Part shown: positions 24,501-36,239 of the stretch, one piece after another
Layout: every line of letters starts with the position of its first letter
How positions within the stretch are numbered: position 1 is the stretch's first letter
Assembly (NCBI GenBank): GCA_040143965.1
Contig: JASJQH010006931.1
Location: 1-36,877 of the forward strand
Origin: Basidiobolus ranarum
Taxonomy: Eukaryota
Direction: 5' to 3'
DNA: 36,877 nt
Made by a program: the position numbers and the translations under genes
Notes under the pieces: generated by a model
The model's input: only the letters and a program-made list of their open reading frames with translations
The model's database searches: none
What the model was told of the DNA's origin: nothing

Positions 24501-26485
24501 GTACAAAATACCTTACATTTGTCTCCTCGGCCTGAGGAAACCAAACTTTCAACAATAAATTGAGGAACCTGAGTACTTTTACCACAGCCGGTATCTCCAC
24601 TGATAATTACTACCTGATTGTTTTCGATTAAATCCAAGATTTCTCGGCGATACATATGAACTGGAAGCAACTTTCGATTCTCCAAAACCTTGTTATACGA
24701 TTTCTTGCATATCCGAGCCTCAAAGTTGCTCTGAAGCTGTTTCGCTGACAGGCTCGTACCATGTGATGAGCTTCTCGTGGCAGAATTCTTTGAACGAGTA
24801 GGGACTAGTCTCTGGGGCATTGTTACCTTTTCCATAGCCATGATCTCATCCGTCAAAGTTTGCAAGAATATCAAGCGTCGTCTGTTGGTTTCCTCGTTTA
24901 TATTTCTGCTCTCCGTCTCTTTCTTCTCGTCCCACTCAGCCCATATTTTCTTGAATGGAGGAGGAAGAACTCGATATAACGGCAGTTTACTGAGTTCATA
25001 AAGTGCAACTGTTGCAACATAATTCTCGGCTCCTTTGAAAGTTGTACAACTAATATCAGTCATTTGGAAGTTACGAGAAGATCCGTTGTTATACTTAATA
25101 TCAACACTCGCTTGGTTTCCAACAGGAACATTCTTGATACGATGATAAGTGATGTGAGTTCGCTTATCTTCTTTACGGCATATATCATCGAGCAAGTCTT
25201 TGGGGGATTTGCCAGTCCAGTTTGTGTAACCAACATCAATTGTAGTAACATCGTAGCTTTTTGAGGCTACAGGAGTGGAGCCAGTGGATTCTTCGGTTTC
25301 ATCATTTCCGAAAAGGTCGAATACTTCTTCATTCTCGTCCTCCTCGCTTAATGCCTGATTTTGTGACGTATTTTGTGAATCTTTCGTTTTCGTTTTCGTT
25401 TTTATATCATTCCACATGTTCTCTTGAGCTATTGAAAAGGCCTGTTGTGCCTTTTTATCGTCAAAAAAGTAATCGCCTTGTAGTACTTCCATATCATTTT
25501 TTAACTTTCGAAGCGTTTTGTTAATTACCACCTCCTCCTCCTTATTTTTAGCTTTCTTAGCTTTTGTGAGAAGCTGTTGCTGAGTAAGGTATTCCACTTT
25601 CAGAGTTGCATGCTTTAAATGAATATCTTGTTCTGCTTCCTCTTCTTCGTCGGAGCTATCGAAGTAAGCAGCGTTTAAAATTTTGGATTTGAGATCAGAA
25701 TCAACTTGGCTGTTCGGAGGTTTGGTAGCTATTACTTGTTCGACCTCTTTTACACTCTCTTCTTCTTCAGGACTCAGCTCTTCCCATGAACTTTTTGCAG
25801 TATCTTCAGACGGGGTATCTTTGGTTTCTTTTCTGTGCTCATTAGCCACAGGTGCAATAACATTTACTTTGAAATCTTCCTCAAAGTGTGCCTTGTCTCT
25901 GAACTTCATTGGTAGGTCCTCAAACTTCAGATGTAAGCACAGCCAATCCATAACTTTCGATATCTCAGTGGCCTTGGATTTCTCCATCCCCTCTTGTACG
26001 ATTTCCTCCTTAAATCCTAGCTCTAACAAAGTCAAATAGATAAAGTTGAGGTTCGATAAAACATCATCTTTGGATTGATTATCATTCTTGGGCGAATTCA
26101 AATCATTCCAAGGGTTTTTTTCAGTGGACTCCTTTATCGCTTTAACTGCTTCGTGTTCAATCTCTGATGAAAGTTGGAGAACTGGCGGAGACAGGATTTT
26201 GCTCTTTTCTAAAACTCGAGATTTTACAAAGGTATCAACCTTAAATTTACTAAGATCAGCCAGTTTATTTGCCAAAAGATTGACTTCATTTTCGACGCTA
26301 TTTAGTTTATCTTCTTCTGGATTCACTTTTTTACTCTGTTCAGTCTCAACTTTTTCAGGTACCGGTTGGGGAATGGTCTCGACTACGACTTCCTCCACTA
26401 TCTCCTCCTCTTTGACCGTTTTAGCTATACTAGTAGTAGCATAGCCTCGGTTTACAGGCTTAAGTTTGGTTTTCTTTTTCGCCAT
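21600..26485 (-). CDS. DHX29: DExH-box RNA helicase DHX29-like, multi-exon
   Basis: [34 protein letters not shown] and QRRGRAGR, plus HA2/OB regions. DHX29-type N-terminus (RGYATTS, DWLCL, WTGKSPK). TAA at 21600-21602. Confidence 0.9.
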
Positions 26486-27101
26486 GAATTAGGATTTAGC
26501 AGAACCAACTGGCTACTTAATATTGAACAGGTATGTTTGAAAAGAGCATATGCAATCTCTTATCACTCAAACTAGTTCACTGAAAATTTCTAATAAAATT
26601 GAACAGATGACAATATACATTGCCGACGTAGGATTGTTTAGTAGGATCAGGAATTGTTTATTTTAACCACTCAACCACTCAACCACTCACTCTGAATTGT
26701 ATTAGACTTTTCCAATTGATTGATCACTTGTTTGTTGGTACAATCTGAGATGATTGTGAGGGTATTCAGAACCAGGACAATGAATGCTATTCGAATAGAT
26801 TGTTGCAACTAAAAAAGCCCAGGTTTCATGTGAATTTTCGGAAAGTTTTCAACTGAAATTTGTCGAAACAATTCATTCGTAAAGATGAAACTAAAATAGG
26901 CCTTGATTGATACTCAAATAGACCTTCTATAAATGACCTTCAAACCCTTGGCCACAGCCTTCCTGTACTGAATGATGCGTTAACCTTCTCTTTCTTACAT
27001 TTTACACTTGTTTTCTTCTCCTCCAGTTGTTGGTAGTGCATAAACTAGACTTCGTTAATAAAGCTTTCCTTAATCCATTTGATTCTTGGTCACCGTAACA
27101 A

Positions 27102-27821
27102 ATGACCAAATATGAGAGTCCTCTCCCACCGAAAAAAGCTCAATCGCCTTGTGAGAGCCTATCACCATACAGCCAAGTCCACAATAACAACTTTAAACTA
27201 AAGAATGAAAAGTGCTACCCAAACCAGACATCAACTTCATTGCTAACTACGTATCACCCAGCTCTCGACCTCAAAGCCACCGAATCTATTTCCCACATGC
27301 AGCCAGTGTATGGACCGGGGTCAATGGAATATGAACTTGCTGCTGACTATGTCCGTAGCTCTACCAAGTCTAGGATGCCAACTTTATGGGGAACCGATAT
27401 ACCAAACGTCTCGATGAACTCTTTCCATCTTGAGCCAGAAATAGGATCACTTGGTAAACAATCGATAGTAATAACCAACCCAGTTAACACCTACCGCTCC
27501 ACCTACTTTCCATACATTGTTAACCAAGGCGAATCTCATTATTACTGGGGAAAGGAAGTCGAAGAGAATGATGAAACCGCTTTAGTATATCAGAAAGAGT
27601 CAGTGGAAGTTCCCAAGGGGGCTTTGCTATTTTTATTTGGGTTTTTACTCTTTCCGCTTTGGTGGATAGGTGCTATATATCCTAGGAATCCTCAAACGAA
27701 ATCTCAACATAGATGGAAAGTCTACAACCGAATGACCTCCGTTTGTTCTCTGCCTCTATTGGGTTTTGTCATAGGCCTGATTGTTTGGAACATGAATAAG
27801 TATCGAACTAATATCAATTAA
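27102..27821 (+). CDS. Hypothetical protein with a low-structure N-terminus and two C-terminal TM segments
   Basis: 239-aa intronless ORF; LLFLFGFLLFPLWWIGAIY...RWKVYNR...hydrophobic helix. Confidence 0.75.
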   Translation: MTKYESPLPPKKAQSPCESLSPYSQVHNNNFKLKNEKCYPNQTSTSLLTTYHPALDLKATESISHMQPVYGPGSMEYELAADYVRSSTKSRMPTLWGTDIPNVSMNSFHLEPEIGSLGKQSIVITNPVNTYRSTYFPYIVNQGESHYYWGKEVEENDETALVYQKESVEVPKGALLFLFGFLLFPLWWIGAIYPRNPQTKSQHRWKVYNRMTSVCSLPLLGFVIGLIVWNMNKYRTNIN

Positions 27822-27824
27822 TTA

Positions 27825-27890
27825 GACCTTTTTAATCCTTTGACCTTTTTGATCCTTTGACCTTTTTGATCCTTTGACCTTTTTGATCCC
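27825..27890. repeat. 17-bp minisatellite (gacctttttgatccttt), about 4 copies
   Basis: Units at 27825, 27842, 27859 and 27876, starting immediately after the stop codon at 27821. Confidence 0.95.
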
Positions 27891-28056
27891 ATTTCTTAAC
27901 TCCATTCATTTGCTCACATAAATAATTCATAAAAATCATTAAACTGGAGGTAAATTTTGTAGCTTTTATAGAGCAGAATTAGACTATTTATGGAATATTT
28001 ACATCATTAAGTAATTACATTCAACTACCCTTGTTTAACTACCCTTGTAATTGAAA

Positions 28057-29141
28057 TTACATCGATTCATCACCGCTACTACTTACGCTACTACTGTATT
28101 GGTTGAAGTCGTAGTATGGAGGCGGCGTACACATGTCGTCAGAAGAGTCAGATAAATAAGAAGTGTAATTTGGCGGAGATTGAGATAACTCTAATTGAGT
28201 GTCTGATTGAATAACCACTGGTATATTGCTATACAGAATTTTCTGTCTTCGGTGGCAATCAATCATGTATATACGAACCAAAAGCTTATGCGAGACGTTG
28301 ATGAAATTGGTTAAGCAATCGTTACGAGCGATTCTTGGGATGTGAACTTGGATAGTTTCGTTTATGAAACTAGATTCCATACCGAAGCAATCATGGACGT
28401 TGTCGGATATCTCTTCTACCCTTGTGACTGTAGTCACACTTCCACTCGGCCTATATAGAGTGTACTCACTTAAACTGGCTTTCACTTTCAGCACCCGAAA
28501 GGGATAATGCCCTGCCTTAGGGCGCAATGTTACTTTGATGGGGATGGAGTCGCCAAAGGTATAGGAAGGACTAGGTGAGGAAACTGAGTACTCTAATCGT
28601 TGGTCCCAAATACCGGTAACTGTGTTGTTGTTGGTATATTCTACCATGGAAGGGAGAGGGGCACGTTGTATTTTGACCTCGCGTTTTGTTTTAAGGTCTT
28701 TAAACAGGCCAGGTCTCTTGACGACCGCTACCAATCGATACACAATCATACCATAATTGACTCTAACAGATTCTGGAAGGTCCCCACTTAGCGGTAATTC
28801 AAAGTTGAAAATGTGTTTACTTGGGGGTAAATTATAATGACTTCGCTGTTGTTCCAAGAAGTTCCATGTGTGTTGGGTCACCGTACTCGTATCTACTAAT
28901 ACATCTTTTCAAAAAGGTTAATATCATCTCTTGATAAGAGAGTGTTGAAATTCTTCTTACCTTTGTCTCCCTTGAACTCCAGTTTTCCTTCAAACTTTAG
29001 CGTGATAGATTTCACCTTGGTCAATTCAGTCACATTAAATACAAGCGACCCACTAAGGACACTGCCCACGGATTCCTCTGGAGAACCATGCATTGTCAAC
29101 ACATTTTCTCGAAGTTGAATATCTAATAAATCGTCAGTCAT
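28057..29141 (-). CDS. Alpha-arrestin (ART/Rod1-like Rsp5 adaptor)
   Basis: Two exons (intron from 28960 to about 28893). LSGSLVFN...KSITLKFEG; FELPLSGDLPES; VSHKL; C-terminal PPxY motifs PPNY and PPPY. Confidence 0.9.
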
Positions 29142-30090
29142 GATGAGGGAGAGGAAGATGGGAAAATTACTGTCTTTATTGGTGTATGCAGGATATTTAT
29201 AATGATTTTGAGTTGAGAAACACTATCTCACACCATTCAAACTTTAACGAAAAAGGAAGCCTAAAAGTCTCACGTGTTCCTCTCCAAACCAGTTTTCTCT
29301 TGAAATTCTCAAGTTATTTCAAACAGTGGCTTCGTTGTTTTAACCAATTTGTAAGGTAGTACAGAAGTTCTTATTGTCAAATAGCTATTGGTAATGGTAA
29401 TCCTAGTGTTTTATTGAACTATAAAATGAATCTTTTACTCTCGCTCTCGCCCCCACTCCAGAATGAATATTGTATATAGACACTGCTTGACTAATATGGA
29501 ACCTTCAGGCATAGCCACATCAACATGAATATCCTTTTGGAGGTGTTGTAAACTATGCACCTTCAAGTCTAGACAAGTATCTATGAAATCCAGAGAACTT
29601 TGTGAGTACCAACTCACACTTTGGTGTACAATGTGAAAGAGTTGTTGAACTAACCGCCGCTTCATTAAATTAAAAATATAGGGTTAGGGTTAGCTTGAGG
29701 ATAAGTTAATAACGTTAGATAACAGCCACTGAATTGGGGTTAGGGTTCGATCCTAATTCGCTGCTTTCATAATTCCTCAGTCCATCGATCCTACTAATAG
29801 AATGGCTATTAATAAAATTGTAATCTCACGATCGAAAACTTACTAATCATCCTCATTATAGCAAGCCTAATACTTAAGACCTAATCCCTAATGTGCAAGT
29901 ATGGTTAGTGTTACGTTTTAGATCGAAGTATGATATCATTTTGCCCAATGATGACCACATGCATTATCTCTCTCCTTACCATTTTGAGCAGCGGTGTGGG
30001 TTTTCTTGGCTCCAGACGCTATAAAACCGTTCAATCACCAGCGCCCGTTATTCCACCCTACTTCAAGAAGAACCTTACCCTCTAAATACA

Positions 30091-30324
30091 ATGATGGGCA
30101 GTAGAATTCAGTCGCAAACCCATACAAAGTCCAGGAGAAATGAATATTCTACAAGATATCGTACTCAACATCGATTTGTTCATCAAGGAAGGCGTATATC
30201 CAAAGAAGAAGCGGACTACCACATAGCGTTGGTAGCAAAGTACAAATCACTCGTACTGATGATGCTGGAAACCCCACATTTTGCTAAACATAATGCACTT
30301 GCAAGGTTCATTAGACGTTTATGA
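30091..30324 (+). CDS. Small basic hypothetical protein (77 aa)
   Basis: ATG in a good context (ACAATG), TATAAAA at 30020-30026, AATAAA near 30480. No recognisable family. Confidence 0.45.
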   Translation: MMGSRIQSQTHTKSRRNEYSTRYRTQHRFVHQGRRISKEEADYHIALVAKYKSLVLMMLETPHFAKHNALARFIRRL

Positions 30325-31235
30325 AGAAAACGAAAGTGGCCTATTTAATTAAGGACATCCTCTCTAATGTAATGTAAAGGTTGAGACAAAACTCGACAAT
30401 TGTTAATAATCCGAGTAATAGTTGCCTGTATCAAGCAATTTTCCATAATGTATATATATAATAGTACAATAAGAAAAGAAATAAAAATCTTTTATGTATC
30501 TATATGTCCACACTGCATCCTATAACTGATAAACTCGTCGCAATATAATTTCAAGAATATACAAGAACCACTCTTGCGTACATGCTTATATTTCATTAAC
30601 CAATATCTGAATACTCCAGTGAGTATTCACTTGATGCGTATGTTCTCTTAAAGACAAAACATAGCCCAACCTTACTAATCGCATCATCTAACGAAACACC
30701 TTAGGGTTAGTTGTCTACCCAATCACGAATACATTGTTGATTAGTTAGTAGGTGTAGGTTAACAATACTTTAGATTACATCATGGTTGCCGTCTAAAAGC
30801 CGAATCCATGGGCTAATATCCGAACTTTTTTGCGATGTCGGCGCACACTTGAATTAATTGTTTTCAATCGATTATTCGTTCATCGCATCATCTAGATAAG
30901 CTTGTAGGATTTAAACATCTCTTGAGTGATATTGCGCAATTTGTACTTTGCAAATCCGTGCTACAAAATTTTAATCCAAACAGAATTTTAGTCTAGAAAA
31001 AAATGAAGATATTAGAAATCAACTCTAATCTACGTCCCAACGTTCCAATGGATACCAATAATGGTACCTGGATGCTACCAAATATAGTTGACATATTATA
31101 TTGTCTCATGAGTAAGCGAAATGGCGTGATTGAAATTAACCTTTCGCATGGCCAAATTTGGTTGTGGAGATAAGTAGTTGAGGAGTATATAAGAGAAAGA
31201 GGTATCTTTCTACAAATCATCAATTACAATTCAAT

Positions 31236-32015
31236 ATGGGTGCAGGCGAAGTCATTTCTCAGATTATAGGATGGATTTATTTCCTTGCCTGGACAGTCAG
31301 TTTTTATCCTCAGTTGATTCAAAACTATCGTCGTAAAAGCGTTCAAGGACTCTCCGTGGACTTCTTAATGTACAATGTCGTTGGTTTCACTTGTATGACC
31401 GTCTACAACTCTACTTTCTACTGGAATTCTTCGATCCAGGATGAATATCGTCAGCGTAATAATGGCCACTCTAATCTCGTTGCCGTCAACGATGTGTTCT
31501 TTGGCATGCACGCCATCATTATTACCATGGCCACCATTGCCCAAGTCTTCATGTATAAACGCAACCCCGGACAAAAGCCTTCCTGGTTTGGTATTGCATT
31601 GGTTACTGGATGTATCTTAGGGGCTGTTGGTTACAGCATTTATATTGGTGTTACTGGCTCATTCTGGATCGACTTCCTCTATTATCTCTCCTATGTGAAG
31701 TTGGGTATTAGTTTCATCAAGTATTGCCCCCAGATTTGGATCAACTACAAATCCAAATCTACGGTAGGCTGGAGTATTCACAATATTTTACTCGACATGA
31801 CTGGTGGGTCTCTTTCCATCGTCCAGCTTGTCCTTGACGCGTATCTCAGTAATGACTTCAGCGGCATCAGCGGGAATCCTCTCAAATTTGGGCTTGGTTT
31901 TATTTCCATTGTATTTGATCTGATATTCATCGTTCAACACTACATCCTATATCGTGACCGCACCGATATTTACCAAGTTGAAGAGGGTAAAGTGGATATA
32001 GATATCAAGCAATGA
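31236..32015 (+). CDS. CTNS: Cystinosin/Ers1 PQ-loop lysosomal/vacuolar cystine transporter, intronless
   Basis: GWIYFLAWTVSFYPQ, SVQGLSVDF, NDVFFGMHA, IKYCPQ, KSTVGWSIHNILLD, KFGLG and QHYILY. TATATAA at 31186-31192. Confidence 0.95.
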   Translation: MGAGEVISQIIGWIYFLAWTVSFYPQLIQNYRRKSVQGLSVDFLMYNVVGFTCMTVYNSTFYWNSSIQDEYRQRNNGHSNLVAVNDVFFGMHAIIITMATIAQVFMYKRNPGQKPSWFGIALVTGCILGAVGYSIYIGVTGSFWIDFLYYLSYVKLGISFIKYCPQIWINYKSKSTVGWSIHNILLDMTGGSLSIVQLVLDAYLSNDFSGISGNPLKFGLGFISIVFDLIFIVQHYILYRDRTDIYQVEEGKVDIDIKQ

Positions 32016-33102
32016 AAGCACTCATCGCTACCTTTTGCATGTTCTTGTAATTAATTTATTTTGTCATTTTCATCCATATATATACATGTCGCAAATAATA
32101 AACTTTTCCGATTTTTCTTGATTTCTTTTGCCCTTTTATGGATTTATGATGTTACATTGTGATTGGTGTAATTCGATTGGTGTAATTATAGATCCATCCA
32201 AATTGAACGACGCCTTTCTCTGGAACCAACGATCTAATGACGTAGTGATCGATCACGATTAATTGCTAATCAAGAGTCAGAAATTATCCATTGCAAGGAT
32301 CCAGTGAAAATCAATTGATTAACCTGGGCTTAAATGTATGCAGAAACAAATAAGGCGGCGCTTGACTCAATGTCCAGGGAATATATATATAATAGGTCGA
32401 GTTAGCAAAACGATAACTTGCGCTGTGTTTCAAATAGGCCACTTGGAACGTGCATTTTATTTGCACCGTTACAAGTTTCGCTAGAACACATTCACCCCTC
32501 TTGCTATCAACGTGGCACTGTACATATATCTACTTGGATTAAGAGTTGTAGATCTACATACACAAACCGTAGACGAAAGCCCTTGTAAAGAGCTAGCTTA
32601 AATATCTCTCTAACAAGTATTGATTAATTCTGGAGTCGGTGACCCAATCATATTCCCCGATAGGAGTATTAGTCAATAAACATTGGTTGACAGAATTATG
32701 TAACCTCATACAGATTTTACCAGCTGAAGATATATATTTTGCGCCAATAGGATAAATTTATTGAATCATCATGCCAAGTAAAGATTTGCTCAAATGACTG
32801 TGCGATATTAGTCTTCGTGTTGGGCTGATATGATTTAATGCATACTAAGCATGTGAAAATAGGGTGAATGTAAGCGGGATTTCGATGACATATATATATC
32901 TAGTCACTACTTTCAACAAACCTTAAAAGCTTCATTATAGTTTTTCGAGAATTAAATTAACCTTTACATTGCTCCTCAATAAACTCCTCAATAATCGACT
33001 ACAGAAACATATTTGCTATTTGTCAACCAAATCCTTCTCTCCATAAGATAGTTAGTAGTTTCTTTCCGTTATTACCAATATACTTGACGTATCATACAGA
33101 AG

Positions 33103-34462
33103 ATGAGCGCGTACTTTGGTTTTGACGACAAGAAGTTTCATTTTGTAGCTGACATAGACAATAATATTCTCGAGAGAGTAGATGCTGCTTTAGAACTCAT
33201 AGAAAAGAAATACGCCCAATTCGAAGAAACTGGCAGGAAACGTGTGGACGATACAATTAAACGGATAGAGGCCAAGTACAATGAGTTGGAAAGTATCTCT
33301 TTAGCCGAGAAGGTAGACGCAGTCATCAACATCATAGAGGAGAAATGTTTTGAGAAGTGTGTAAACTTTGGGGATTTTTCTCGAAAAACCTTGGAAGATA
33401 CTATCCGTCATATAGAAGAAAGATACGACGAGTTTGAGAAGATTTCTCTACGGGATAGGGTCTTCGATGCTATAAAACATCTTGAAGAGCTCACTCCTGA
33501 GCACTTCATCAAAACCGTCGATTGTTCCGTGGACTATACAGCAGAGGTTACCAAAGCAGCCTTCTATGGAGCTAAACGTCTTTTAAACTATGATGAGCTT
33601 CCTTCACCCTGGCAAGATAACGAATATGTCACTTCAGGGTATGCACCATTTATATAGTGTGTGTCTTGTAATTGATTCTAATGCTCATATTCTTGATAGG
33701 TACCGTTTCCTCTCATCCAAGGCGCAATGCCTTCTGAGTATGCTTCAGATTCACAACCAGACAGGAAATATCTGGTCACATCTGATCGGGGTATTTTTGT
33801 TTAGTTGGCTTGGATACAATACTTTTCAGACACATCTACTGGATGGCTCGTACTTTGATAAACTAGTATTCTTTGTCTTCTTTGCTGCTGCGGCCAAGTG
33901 TCTAATTTGCAGTACTTTGTTCCACACTTTCCAATGTCACTCACATCTGAGTGTTATGCGATGCTCCACCGTGCTAGACTACGTTGGGATTTCACTTCTC
34001 ATTATGGCGTCGGTTCTTGTTGTTGAATATTATGGATTCTACTGTCATCCATTTCTGCGCAACCTCTATACAACGGCTACAGTGACGTTGGGGGTCACCG
34101 GGGTAATAATACCTTGGTTCCGGTGGTTTGATGAGAAAGATTATCGGATCGTTCGTATCATGATATTCTTGCTTATGGGTGCCACTGGGATCGTGCCTTT
34201 TATTCACCTGGTTATGCTCAACGGTTGGGCTGACACTTCCATCTTCATTTACAAATTTGGCCAGTCGCTTAGCTTCTATGCTCTAGGTACTTACCTATAT
34301 GCTAACCATTACCCTGAAAGGCTTTTGCCAGGTGTGTTTGATATCTGGGGTCATTCACATCAAGTCTGGCATCTGTGTGTCATGGGTGGGATTTATTATC
34401 ACTACAAATTCGCCTTAAGTTTTTACCAAAGTAGAGGTAGTTATGGGTGTGGCGGCTACTGA
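33103..34462 (+). CDS. PAQR/Izh (adiponectin-receptor, hemolysin III family) protein, 432 aa, with a repetitive helical N-terminus
   Basis: Exons 33103-33638 and 33700-34462. LPSPWQDNEYVTSGYR, HNQTGNIWSH, STLFH, DYVGI, PERLLPGVFDIWGHSHQVWH (Zn-site His residues present). Confidence 0.93.
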
Positions 34463-34620
34463 ATCCTCTCTTTTTTAAATCAGACTTCATAGATCTCATA
34501 TATAACCTTCGATGAGCCATATTAATCATCACCCACCTTTGTTTGCTATCAACAATCGTAATAAACCAAATTAATCATCTTTCCATCTTTCCATATACTT
34601 GCAACTGACTAATTGAACTA

Positions 34621-34725
34621 CTATTCATGACTCTAAACTTAACCCTAACCCTACTTCTATTCATGACTCCAAACTTAACCCTACTTCTATTCATGACTCC
34701 AAACTTAACCCTACTTCTATTCATG
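34621..34725. repeat. 30-bp minisatellite (ctattcatgactccaaacttaaccctactt), about 3.3 copies
   Basis: Units start at 34621 (with an extra TAACCC), 34657 and 34687, with a partial unit at 34717. Confidence 0.93.
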
Positions 34726-34891
34726 TTAATGTATGCTAACTGACAAAATCAAATGGTTAAATGCTAACCCAATTAAATTATGTTACGTCTGAGACACCCA
34801 TAAATCATCCAAATTTACCTGATCTCTACTTAGTCAACTACTCTTGTGCTAAACACACCTTTGAGCTCTACCTGTTTCTGTTTTTTAAAGC

Positions 34892-36239
34892 ATGTCAAAG
34901 GGTGATTATAACGTTGTTCTTGAGGTGGATAATGTATGTTAAGATATATATATCACGTTGAATAATTTCTCCCGATAACTTACTTACAAAATATTTATCG
35001 CTATAGGATCTTCAATTTCAAGGTACTGAGCAATCCCTCCTCCCAAACCTCGCTTATTGCCTCTCTCATCTAACATATTTTAAAAACACCAAGATTTCCC
35101 CGATACGACTGGAATCGGAGGAGTAGGAAATAGTGATCAAGGTCAATCATCCCAGAAACCTTTTTATTTAATCCCTTTCATTCGTTTTAAACGCATCTCT
35201 TCATTACAACAGGCTACAATAACCCTAATTACTTCAGCAATCCTAGCCAACCAGAGGCACCAACTTCCAATTCTATTTGGAGTGTTGATTACTACAAGCA
35301 ATATTTTAATGTTGATACAAATCAAGTAAGTTTGATGGTCGAAAATATTAAGAGTTGTTTTCTTATGATATTGACTCTGGTGGTCGAAATAGGTTAGTGA
35401 GCGCATGATTCAAAGTCTCATCCCTCTCAAATCAAACTTTCTTGAAGTACTTGGAGACAATCCCGACCTCTATGGTAACGTATTCCCATCTAGATGTTGA
35501 TACAAGTATGTTTTCGATCATCATTAACCGAGTATATCATAACAGGTCCTTTTTGGGTAGCTACTACAGTCATCTTTACTATGTTTATTACCTCTTCTCT
35601 AGCAGAATCCATAGCTTCCTACATTAATGAAGAACCTCACGCATATGACTTTGTTAGTCTATGGTTCGGCACCGTCACTATCTACTCTTATGTATTCTTC
35701 GCCTCTCTAGCTGTATGGGGAGCGACCAAATATTTCGGTTGTCAACCGGTCTTTTTAGAGATTCTCAATATTTATGGCTACGGAATGACTATTTGGATAC
35801 CCGTTTCGGTATTTATTTTAACCAATTCTCAAGTGAAGTGTTGATATCATTTCTAACAGCTGGAATTTAGTTTTTATCTGTTATTCCAAATAACACACTT
35901 CGTTGGATTCTCACTATCATCGGATTCGCGATTTCCGGTAAGTATTAGAATACTTTTGGACGTTGATATATGTATTTATATATATTGACCCATCCACGCA
36001 CTCCCACCCTCATGCACTCATTCTTAATGCTTCTATTCCTTGTAGGCTATTTTATGTGCAAAAATATATATCATATTATCCTTCGATCAGACGCCAAGAT
36101 CACTCGTCTACTCGTCATCGCCATTCTTATCACACACTTCATCGTAGCATGTATCTTTAAAGCCAAGTTCTTCTCATACGCTATTAACTTGAGCGTGTTA
36201 CCAGATGCTGGAAAGAATATTATCGGAATTGGAAATTAA
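34892..36239 (+). CDS. YIPF1: Yip1-domain Golgi membrane protein (YIPF1/2-like), multi-exon
   Basis: ATG at 34892 (MSKGDYNVVLEVD); 16-nt microexon 35007-35022 (DLQFQ); WSVDYYKQYFNVDT; NPDLYGPFWVATT; IYGYGMTIWIPVS; TAA ending at 36239. Confidence 0.88.

Noticed and set aside
24210-26575. Several ORFs overlapping DHX29 exon 1
   Set aside because: Antisense or off-frame shadows of a long coding exon, with no independent signals.
26665-26688. Short tandem duplications (aaccactc x3; similar cases near 14065, 15675, 28023 and 32161)
   Set aside because: Ordinary replication-slippage repeats with no evidence of function.
28893-28898. TAGTAG tandem acceptor in the arrestin intron
   Set aside because: Would change a single residue; such acceptors are common and this cannot be tested here.
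34621-34725. CRISPR-like array (also considered for 27825-27890)
   Set aside because: Units are head-to-tail with no unique spacers, there are no cas genes, and the context is eukaryotic.
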